This document shows, piece by piece, positions 51,046-61,371 of a stretch of 64,000 bases of DNA. The stretch spans positions 434,001 through 498,000 of the forward strand of contig OZ316896.1 of assembly GCA_973895155.1 (NCBI GenBank), read 5' to 3'. The notes under the pieces were generated by a model. The model ran no database searches. It was not told the origin of the DNA and worked only from the letters and a program-made list of their open reading frames with translations. The position numbers and the translations under genes were made by a program. How positions within the stretch are numbered: position 1 is the first letter of the stretch; every line of letters begins with the position of its first letter. The DNA comes from Marsupella aquatica. Its lineage: Eukaryota > Plantae > Marchantiophyta.

Positions 51046-54000
51046 ATGTTAACCGTGGGAGGAGTATGCAGCAACCAACTGGGGACCATAAAACTCAATT
51101 TAGATCTAAATCCAGATCTAAGTCCAGGGGCAAATCCCTTGAGAGGAGGCAGGTGACATGTTGGAAGTGCAACAAGGTGGGACACTTTAACCGAGACTGT
51201 AAGGGAAAGGCAGTTGAATCTAAATCGACAAATATGGCTAGGGCTGATGGAGACGCTGATTTATGCAATGATGAGTGTGTATTATGAAGCTAGGGGTATG
51301 CCCTGTGCACGTCATCTAGGAGAGCAAATGATCATGTGTGGATTCTTGATTGTGCTTGTTCTTTTCACATTGGTTACATTCGTGAGTTTTTCAGTTCTTA
51401 CTCTATTTCAAACTTTTTAGTTCTGATGGGAAATGATCACTCCGGCCTGTCAAATTAAGGGTATTGGGTTTGTGAAGATTCAAATGTTTGATGGCGCTAT
51501 GCGCACCGTGTCCAAAGTCAGGTATGTACCTGGCATGCTTAAGAATTTGATTTCACTCGGTGTGTTGGATTCAAATGGTCATCAATGGAGCGTAATTGAT
51601 GGTGAACTTCAAGTCAGGTCGGGAGAGACAGTGATTTAGAAGGGAGCAGACAAAATAATTTGTATGTGTTGCAAGACAATACTGTATGTGGAGAGGCCAA
51701 TGTAACCAAATCTCACGAGGAGATGACTCAACTGTGGCATTCACGGCTAGTCCACATGAGTGAGAAGGGTTTGGCTATCTTGCGGAAGAATGGTCTCATT
51801 TCTAATTTGCACTCTTGTAAATTAGAGTTATGTGAGCATTGCATTCTTGGAAAGCAGCATCATCGTGCTTTCGGTGTTGGAACTCATCGTTCCAAGGCGG
51901 TTCTTGAGTACATACATAGTGACGTGTGGGGTTCATCCTTAGCTCCCTCACACTCTGGAAAGTTGTACTATGTATCATTTATTGATGATTACTCAAGATT
52001 TGTGTGGATTTATTTCATGACGCATAAGTTTGATGTCTTGTCCATTTTTAAGAAGTGGAAGGTCTAGGTGGAGAATCAGACTGGAAACACGGTCAAGTGT
52101 TTGGATACAAGGGTGAAGAGTCTAAGGTTAGATAACGGTAGGGAGTATACTTTAGTGAAATTTGAAGAGTATTGTTTAGAATAGGGGATAACTTGTCATC
52201 TCACCACAGTAATACTCCACAACAAAATGGTGTTGCTGAGAGGCTCAATCAGACACTATTGGAGTGGTCACAGAGTATGTTGAGTCTATCAAGTTTACCA
52301 CAGGAATTTTGGGCAGAAGTTGTCAATACCACAGCTTATTTGGTAAATCTTTCTCCTTCTAGTGCTATCAATTTCAAAACATCGTTTGAGATGCACTATA
52401 GGTGGCAAGCAGACTATCATGGCTTGGTAGTTTTTGGAAGTGATGCATATGCTCTCACACCAAAGCAGAATAGGACCAAGTTGGATCCTACCTCAAAGAA
52501 ATGTGTTTTTCTTGGGTACTAGAGTGATGTGAAGGCCTATAGGCTATGGGATCCTATTGCCTGTAAGCTTGTTATCAGTAGAGATGCTTCCTTCAATGAA
52601 TCCAGATTATTGAAGGAGGGGGAGAATACTCAGGTCTCCTATACTGAGAAAGGAAAATCTCCTATCCCGGATCTCATTGAGGGGGAGATTGGTCATGAGG
52701 TATATGATCGGAGAGAAGGAGTTGCTCTGATTATGGAGTTGGTTCCTGTGCTAGAGGAACTAGAGGAGTTTGTTGATGCTGGTGAGCAACAAGTGGATGC
52801 TGTTGAGCTTTAGATTATACCAGCACACGTAGATCAACCGGAGTCATCGGCTAGAAGAACATCTGGTCAAACTGTACGCACTCCACCAAGGTATGGACAG
52901 TGGGTTGATTCATCTCAGTTGCAAGATGAGGATTTTTGTTACTGATGATGAGGGTGATGCGTTGATTTTGAAAGAAGGAGAACCTTCTTCATTTCATGAG
53001 GCAAGTGCTTCTAAGGAGAAGCAGGAGTGGACTACAGCAATGCAAACGAAGATGCAGTCATTGAAGGATAACAAAACTTGGGAGCTTGTCAAGTTGTCTG
53101 AGGGATAGCAAGTGGTGGACAGCAAGTGAATGTACAAGCTAAAGGATTGGTCCACGGGAGGTGGATCGAAGGTCTACAAGGCTAGGTTTGTAGCCAAGGG
53201 ATTCACATAGGAAAAATGTCTGGATTACAATGAGGTTTTCTCACCAGTTGCTAAGTACTCTACAATACGGCTATTGTGTGTGCTTGTTGTTATGTTTGGT
53301 CTGCTACTAGATCAGATGGATATTGTCATAGCTTTCCTCTATGTCACCTTGGAAGAGGTGATCTTCATGAGACAGCCACTAGGTTTTGTGAAGAGAGGGC
53401 AAGAGGATTTGGTTTGTAGATTGCTGAAATCCTTGTACGGGTTGAAGCAATCACCAAGACAGTGGATCCTTTAGCTTATGACTAAAGGATACCTGATGAC
53501 AAGGCTTTCACATGAGTGTATTTGACCCTGGTGTGTATCTTAAATCGGTGAAGAATGTTATCTTTGGGTTCATTGTTTTAGTACTTTATGTGGATGACAT
53601 GCTTATTGCGACCAAAAATAGGTTTGAGATTGTTAAACTCAAGGCACTGTTAAGTGCAGAGTTTAAGATGAAGGACTTAGGGTCAGCTAAGAGGATTTTG
53701 GGTATGGAGATCCCTAGGGACTTGGAGGCTAGTAAGTTATGGTTGACGCAAAGCAGTTATGCGAGGAAGGTAATTGCAAGGTTCAACATGAGGGATAGCA
53801 AGCCAGTAAGTACCCCGTTGGCTCCACATTTCAAGTTGTCATCAGCTTTCTGTCCTATGGATGAGACTGAGAAGGAGCTGATGTCAAAGGTTCCATATGA
53901 AAAGGTAGTGGGGAGTCTCATGTATTTGATGACTTGCACTAGACCTGATCTTGCCATGGCTATGGGCAAGGTGAGCAAGTACATGTTGAAGCCAGGGAAG

Positions 54001-55453
54001 GTACATTGGGAAGTAGTGAAGTGGATTATTTGGTATTTGAAAGGTACTATGGATGATGGTCTATTGTTTGATGCACATGCTAATAATGCTAAATCATTGA
54101 TGGGCTATGTAGATGCTGACTATGCACAGGATCCGGATCGGAGGAGATCAACAATAGGTTATGTGTTTGGGTATAACCACCGTGCCAGGAAACAGGAAAA
54201 AGGAAACAACAAACAACAAACAGCAAATGGATGTACATTTTTTGAGATTTTTTTGAGATTTTTTTGAGAATTGTTTTTTGGAGTTTTTTTGTTTGTTTGT
54301 ATTTTTGACATTTTTTAACTAGCGCCCAAAGCTAGTAATAGCAGCGCCCGTCGCTAGCCAAAAATGATTGATTTAAAAAATATTTTGAAAATTTTGAGTT
54401 TTAATGAGACAATTTTTATATTGCATTTTTGCTCGTAATAGTAAAGTTTTGTTCATAATAGGAAATAATTTTCCTGTTTCTTGGCACGATGTAAAGCCTC
54501 ATCATGTGTTCACACTTGGCGGTTGACGCATAAGTTGGAGGTCTATTTTGTAGAAGTGTATTGCTCAGTCTACTACAGAAGCGGAGTATGTTGTAGCAAC
54601 GGAAACACCAAAGGAAGCGATTTGGTTGGATAGACTGATCACTGAGATGAGATTGGATACCCACAGGGGAATGTGAAGCTTCATTGTGATAGTCAGAGTG
54701 CACTCCACCTTGCTGTGAATCAGGTGATGGACAACAGAGTGAAGCACATTGACGTCAGGTACCATTTTATTAGGCAGGTTGTGTCTGATAATATGTTTGA
54801 GCTAGTCAAGATTGACGGTAAACTCAATCCGACTTACGCTTTTACCAAAGTGATTTCTTTGGAGAGTTTTTCTAGACACCATGATGTGTTGCAAGTTTTG
54901 CAATTGCCTCACATGTAGGGTTACTTACATTTGTGTAGATACTGAGATATGCTCTTGTTCATTCCTAGTACAGACTATGACTTAGTTCTGGTCTACTCTC
55001 ATATAAAGAGGAAAAAACCGGTTTGGTTTTTCTTTCTAGAACTTCCCGCTGAGCAATCATATTGGTAGCAGTCTTTACCCTCCCCTAGACCAGAGTCAAG
55101 GGGGAGATTGTTAGGATTTACTCTTAGGTCTAGAGTTATGACTGTACCATAGTTAAGGCTAACCTTAGTTGTAGACTTGGTTAGGTTAGTCATGTTGTGC
55201 ACACTCTAGAACCAAGCGGTGTTTGCTTGGAGAGTGGGAACTCAGGCTCATTGTTACGGAGCTAGTTGAGAGGTAAGGAGAGCTTGCGCTGTGGATGTTG
55301 GGTATGGCCGGTCGGCCTAGAGTACAGTAAAGCTCTTGTGTGTTCCCGTGGACGTAGCCTTATGTGGAGGTGAACCACGTATCTCTCTATGTTGACTCTT
55401 GTGCGTTGGATGGTTCATGGGCTTGTCATTGCAATTGTCATCTATGTTCAACA
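51046..55453 (+). mobile_element. 5'-truncated, decayed Ty1/copia element (element B; same family as C)
   Basis: Gag C-terminus with zinc knuckle, TGA at 51285-51287, pol fragments, PPT, and 3' LTR at 55109-55453. Confidence 0.93.
54169..54502. mobile_element. Mutator-like MITE in the RNase H region of element B
   Basis: Interrupts the GYVFTLG codons. Imperfect 9-bp TSD tatgtgttt / catgtgttc. Inverted cgtgcca(g/a)gaaacaggaaa arms. Confidence 0.75.
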
Positions 55454-57330
55454 GTTGGAGTGTGGCAAGGTGATGTCAACGTCACCATTGGGTCAATTGA
55501 TTCAATACTAAGGATGTTGGAATGATCAATGATCAAATCTGTTGTGGAGGGGCCAGACTCGACAAGTCTTTTTAAAGACCTCCTTTTTGGGAGAAAAGAT
55601 ATCTTGGAGACAAGTGTCCTTAGAGCATTGATGATGAATTGCCTACATCTCAAGCCTAGGTACTTTACTCACAATTCTTTTATTATTAATAATATAAGCT
55701 CACACACACACACAAACACACACTGACAGTCTACTTTGTGTAGTTGTTGCTCCAAGGTTTCATTAATAGGGTGTAAATAGGGTAAAATCCAAGGTTTCAT
55801 TAATAGGGTGTAAACCCTAAACCCTACATTGGGGTTTAGGGTCTAGGGTTTTATTTAATTAAAACTTCTTGGCTTCTTATCTTGTACGATTTACTCAGTC
55901 ACAATCGTTTAATATAAGCTCAATCTACTTTTATGTTATGTAGTTGTTGGCTTTTCGTAGCAAACTAAGGTTCCATTATGGTCTAAACCCTAAACCCTAC
56001 ATTGGGGTTTAGGGTTTAGGGTTTCACTATCTTCTCTTGTATGCATGAAAAGCATTCTGAAATTGTCCTGGGTTACATTGTGAAGCAGCACCTGAGGCAC
56101 CAAATTTCAGGCCCCTTCCGCGAGTATTGAAGTTACAACTGGATAATTGTGCCTCAAGCAACAAGAACACATAAATGATGGCTTATTTGTCATTGTTACG
56201 GCAAGGGAGGTGTTTGAAGAGGTTAATCTTGGTTTTATGGTGGTTGGGCATACTCATGAGGACGTTAACGGTATGTTCGGGCATTTTTCAGAGTCTATGA
56301 TGCATAATCCCACATACTCATTGCCTGAGTTAATGTCCTTGTTCATGAGAGCAAAGACACCCAATGCAGTCCCTCATTTTCTGTAGGAGGTCCCAAATTT
56401 CAAAAGCTACTTAGCTCCATTCATGTTGAAGGGCCCTGAGGCATTGGTGGGGCATTTAAAACCCAGGCTGTTTAGGATCTATATTCGTCATGATAGTATG
56501 TCATGCTTCCAATACAAAATGAAGTCAACTAATGAGGGATGGTTACCCAAGGAAGGTATTGAAATGTGGTCATGGAAAGATGACAAAAGTCCTCACATCC
56601 CAATTGGGGTGCCCAAACGGCTACCAATGATGGAGGTGAAAATGCTCCCTGGAGTGCTGACAGGGTTGAAGAAGCATGTGTCATTCTTTGAGTTCATTCT
56701 AAAGCGAACAAAAGAGGAAGAACCAAAGCAACGTTGGACAACTCTCATCAATTATTGGAATGACATTGTAGATACTCTTCAGGGTGAGCAGGTGCAATAT
56801 GAACCCGAAGGTGCACACAACTTCGAATATGGGTTTTGGCCTTTATCATATGGAGAGAGCACGTTTCATTAGAATATTGAAATGTGGCATGTGAGTTGGA
56901 GGCAACAGTGGATTATGTGAGACCTACAAAAGATAAACCTCCTGAGAGTTTTAACCTTAGGGTTGATGTAGTGAAGGGTTGTTATGTGTTGGTACGGCCG
57001 GATGACTCAGACCTAGATGTTTATCCTGTCCATATGGGGTTAGTTGTTACAGATGTGGTAGAAGGACCAGTGAATGAACAAAACCTTCTTACTCATGTAT
57101 GTGGCGTTGAGTGGTTTAGACCATTTATGGCAAAGAAGCCATGTGGTCAATCAGACTGGCAGCCACGAGAGCGGTGGGTAGATTCTTGGGATAAGAAATG
57201 AGAACATGATCCAGCTCCAATATACAAGGAAACTGAGACAATAGATGTTTCCTCTGCCTTGTGGTGTTTCAAAGCACACAAAGGACCAGTGACAAGGCTG
57301 GTTGGAATTCCAAAGAATGTTGCTGCCAAG
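55454..57330 (+). pseudogene. DUF7869/Sola-like DNA transposase relic, abutted by the copia B LTR
   Basis: WQGDVNVTIGS; LELQLDNCASSNKN; GFMVVGHTHEDVNGMFG. Several stops and frameshifts. Family assignment is from motif recollection. Confidence 0.7.
55811..56024. repeat. two palindromic interstitial telomere-repeat cassettes
   Basis: aaaccctaaacccta-cattg-gggtttagggt(c/t)tagggttt at 55811-55851 and 55983-56024. A further (TTTAGGG)2-3 run lies at 57333-57352. Confidence 0.85.
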
Positions 57331-58745
57331 GCGTTTAGGGTTTAGGGTTTAGACTATCTCTTGACATGCATAGCAAGTGAGAAATCCTAGACAATAATGA
57401 AGCTGGTAGTTCAACACACAGTTTAAAAGGCAGCTTAGAATAGTAGTAACCAGAGAACTCAAGTTTAGACAAGTCTTATTGTCTAAGTTAGTTAGTTGGT
57501 TAATTTATTTAAGATATAATATTAGTTAGTGGGGCCTTAGTTTGGTTATTAAGGCATGATATTATTGACATTCAAATGAATGTCGAGTAGACATTGTAAT
57601 ATACAATAATCCTATTAATAAAATAATAATTATACATCTCCAAGTGAACACAACTTTCAATGATTTCTGATTTTATGTGAAGTGTGGTTCCATGTTTGAT
57701 TGAGTCAAAGCAATAGAAACGAAGGGGGGTACTATTGTCATGACTGTGGTACTATGATTGTAGGTCACGCGCCCTGGTGCGTGTCTTTGTTGTATTCAAC
57801 AGACCCTATTGTAATTAAATTATAAATTGAGACAATGAATGACAGTTTAATTAAGGATTTGTGCATGGATCAAGAGGTACTTGATGTCATTTAGTGATGC
57901 ATTTTTATAAATATCTTGCAACAAAACATTTGAGGTTTTTGAGTATCCAAACAAATGTTAAAGAGGTTGATCATTCATTAACTAATAATATTTAGATAAA
58001 ACTGGAATTAATCTAATACTTCAGTATTCCTTAAATTGGGGTTTATTGGGAGGGTATCACTAGAGAAAGAGATGAAAAGAACATATATGAGGTCTCACTT
58101 AACCTACAAAATGAGAAGAATATTAAAAATGAGGACAACCCTAGGTTAAACTGAAATTAAGATAATAACAAATTAACCTTGGGAGGCCGAAACAAAGACA
58201 CACCATATAACAATGTCAAATATCCACATTTACTTTCATGGCCGCAACCTACTGCTACAAATATACTAGTGTTGTCCTCTTGTTTTGTAACAGAGAAACT
58301 GACCCCCTGCAATTGTACTAGTGCTATCCTCTTGTCTGAAACACAGAAACTGACCCCTTGAGAGCAAGGGACTACCAGGATTTAAGATATTAATGCTCCC
58401 TTTTGTTCTGCAATGTTAGTGGACTATGGTTTTGTTCGCAGGAGTGCCTTTCCTGCTGTCACATTATCAGTGCTTGCCATCATCAATGAGTTGGATTGTT
58501 TCAAACCTACCCGTCGGTTGAATTAAAACCAGGTTTTTTTTAATGTATTTTAATTTTTCACATTACTCAATGATCGTGAAAGTAGTGTAGGTTGTCTTTA
58601 GTTGAGTAGGGTCCCCGGTAGGATCAGTACTGATGAGATAGCACACACATGTGTAACATCTCATGAACACATAAGTAGTCAACACAACACAGGAGATATG
58701 TGGTTTATGTTGGGTATTTACTCTTACGTCTAGGTTAGGTATGAC

Positions 58746-58925
58746 GTGGTTGGTACAACAACGTGGGTTGGTACAACTACGTGGTTAGGTACAACTACGT
58801 GATTAGGTACAACTATGTGGTTAGGTACAACTACGTGATTAGGTACAACTATGTGGTTAGGTACAACTACGTGATTAGGTACAACTATGTGGTTAGGTAC
58901 AACTATGTGGTTAGGTACAACTAAG
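58746..58925 (+). repeat. 18-bp tandem array (~10 copies) in the U3 of element C's LTR
   Basis: Unit g(g/a)ttaggtacaacta(c/t)gt. Confidence 0.95.
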
Positions 58926-60336
58926 TTGCACACTATATCATAAGAGGCATGTGTGCTTGGAGAGGTAGAACCAAGGCTCATTGTTATGGAGCCACTTGAG
59001 AGATAGGGAGAGCTTACACTGTGGAGACTCGGTATAGCCGACGGGCTTAGAGTTCAGTAAAGCTCTCTTGTGTATTCCCGTGGACGTAGCCTCAAGGAGG
59101 TGAACCACGTATCTCTTGTGTCGACTATTGTGCGTTGGATGGTTCATGGGCTTGCCGTTGCGATCGTCGTCTATGCTCAACAATTGGTATCAGAGCATGC
59201 TTGGGAGGTGACGTGTGTTCGTGACGGGATTTCATGACGGTTTTTCCAGCGTTGAGTGTTGGTGGATTTTCCAGAGTTCCATCGCATGGAACTTGGAGTT
59301 TATGGGCTCAACGGATAGATCAGGGCAAGAGCTTTCTAATGGTGTGAAGAAATCGTTGAACGGAGCTCGTGGTGCAGAGAGATCTAAGTTTTCGTCGTTC
59401 TGGATTTTGTGAAGAAAGTTGGCAATCGACTCGGAGGGAGAAGCGTCAAGTGTTTTGACTCAACGGAGAGATTGAGGCAAGACGATTGTTTTTGAGTCCG
59501 GGATTGGCTCTTTGATGCAAAGAGGAAGGCTAAGCAAAATCAATTACCTTGTTGGACTTGGTGACGGCACCAAGTGCAATTGATCAACATTCGTTGTTGA
59601 CAAGGTACCATTTTTTTCTCTTTGAAAAACTGATTCGAAATTGGCTATGGCAATTGAGAGAAATCTGTCATCTTTACCAATTTTTTTCTCCCTCGTTCTT
59701 TCCTCGTTTTGGGTGCTTCTTATATCGATCTTCATCGCCTCGGAGTCTAGTTTCCAAATCTGAAATCGGATCTTGATTTAGTCAAAACCCGAGTGAGATA
59801 TCTTGCGTTTGGTGTCGAGGGGTACATTCTGCCGTGTGTATTTTCTGCGCGCGCGACCAGATTTCGACGACGAAGGGTGGTAGGGGGTTTTGGGGGTTCG
59901 AGGACACATGTCAGCCCCTCGATTGTTCTTCCAAAATTCCCACAGGGCCTGTACAAGGGTCATAGAATATTCCAAAAAACCAGAGAGCTATTTTTTGACC
60001 GTCCGACAAAGATTTCATCCGCCGAACGGTAACTTTTTTGGTTATTTTTCGGCGAGGTCGTAGCCATTGAAGTTGGCAATGCAGCGCACCAATCACATCG
60101 CAATTCCGACAACGGGTTGTACTTGGTATTTCGGTTATTCCCTGAGGTGGTCAAAACGGGGGAGTTTCCCAAAGTTTTACCCACCTCGACCGAAATTTGA
60201 ATAACTTTTCCGTCAAATTTCGATTTTGATTTCGGTTTTCAGTATTGGACTCCTAGCTTTGTGGGCTACGCGGCGGTGTTGAGTTTCGAGTTTTTTGAGA
60301 AGTTGTGAAAAACAATATTTTTTGTGACTTTCTCAT

Positions 60337-61371
60337 ATGAGTGATTCGGAGGAGTTTTTCGAAGACGTGGAACTTGAAGCACGAGGGTCACCGCGGAAGT
60401 TTCAGGGGCAGAGAGAGGAGCAGGAGGAAGAGCACGTGACACCGATACCATCACCGGTGCGGCGTGTGGTGGAGGAAGCAGTACTACTACCGGAGCTCAC
60501 GGTAAAGAAGAAGATGGGGACTTTCAAGCTTGGGGGACCCAAGTATGAAGTGACAAAGTATGATGGGCGCTCTGACTACTTGCTATGGGAGAAGCAGGTG
60601 AAGGGAGTGCTTTATGCGTCAGGGATGGGCCAACTGCTGAGTCCTCGTGAAGACGATGTTGATGAGAAACAATGGGACCGCATGCAGGAGCAGGGAGTGT
60701 GGTGTGTTACACTCTATCTCATGCCTCCCATCATCAAGCAGTTGGGTGCACATAAGGATTGCATGTCCTTATTTGCGGAATTGCAGAGCAAGTATCACCG
60801 CAAGGAGTTGTCGAACCGGCTCTACACTTCCTACAAACTGATGAGTTTCAGGATGAAGGAATCTGGTACGAAGTTGCAAGACCATGTGGATGCTTTCAAC
60901 GACATGGTCGTTGACTTGGAAAACCTTGGGGAGACTTTGAATGATGAGACGAAGGCTCTGCAGCTTCTTAGTTCATTGCCTCCATCTTACCAGTCCCTAT
61001 CACGAGTGTTGTTGCATCGTGATAGGGATACCATTTCATACAATGACGTGGTAAGTTTTCTGCTTAGTGATGATCTTCAGCAGAAGATGCACATCACGTC
61101 ACAGCCTTCATCATCTGGTGCTGCCCTCAATGTTAACCGTGGGAGGAGTATGCAGCGACCAACTGGGGACCGTAGAACCCAGTTTAGATCTAAATCCAGA
61201 TCTAAGTCCAAGGGTAAATCCCCTCAGAGGAGGCAGGTGACATGTTGGAAGTGCAACCAAGTTGGACACTTCAAGCGAGACTGTAAGGGAAAGGCAGCGG
61301 AAACTTCATCGGCAAATATGGCTAGGGCTGATGGAGAAGCTGATTTACTCAATGATGAGTATGTTTTATGA
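60337..61371 (+). CDS. gag: copia Gag of element C, 344 aa, intact
   Basis: KYEVTKYDG, LLSSLPPSY, CWKCNQVGHFKRDC; ends in TGA. Confidence 0.92.
   Translation: MSDSEEFFEDVELEARGSPRKFQGQREEQEEEHVTPIPSPVRRVVEEAVLLPELTVKKKMGTFKLGGPKYEVTKYDGRSDYLLWEKQVKGVLYASGMGQLLSPREDDVDEKQWDRMQEQGVWCVTLYLMPPIIKQLGAHKDCMSLFAELQSKYHRKELSNRLYTSYKLMSFRMKESGTKLQDHVDAFNDMVVDLENLGETLNDETKALQLLSSLPPSYQSLSRVLLHRDRDTISYNDVVSFLLSDDLQQKMHITSQPSSSGAALNVNRGRSMQRPTGDRRTQFRSKSRSKSKGKSPQRRQVTCWKCNQVGHFKRDCKGKAAETSSANMARADGEADLLNDEYVL

Noticed and set aside
58746-58925. CRISPR-like regular array / VVPNH repeat ORF (58730-58981)
   Set aside because: Head-to-tail 18-mers without unique spacers inside a plant LTR; the ORF is a by-product of the repeat.
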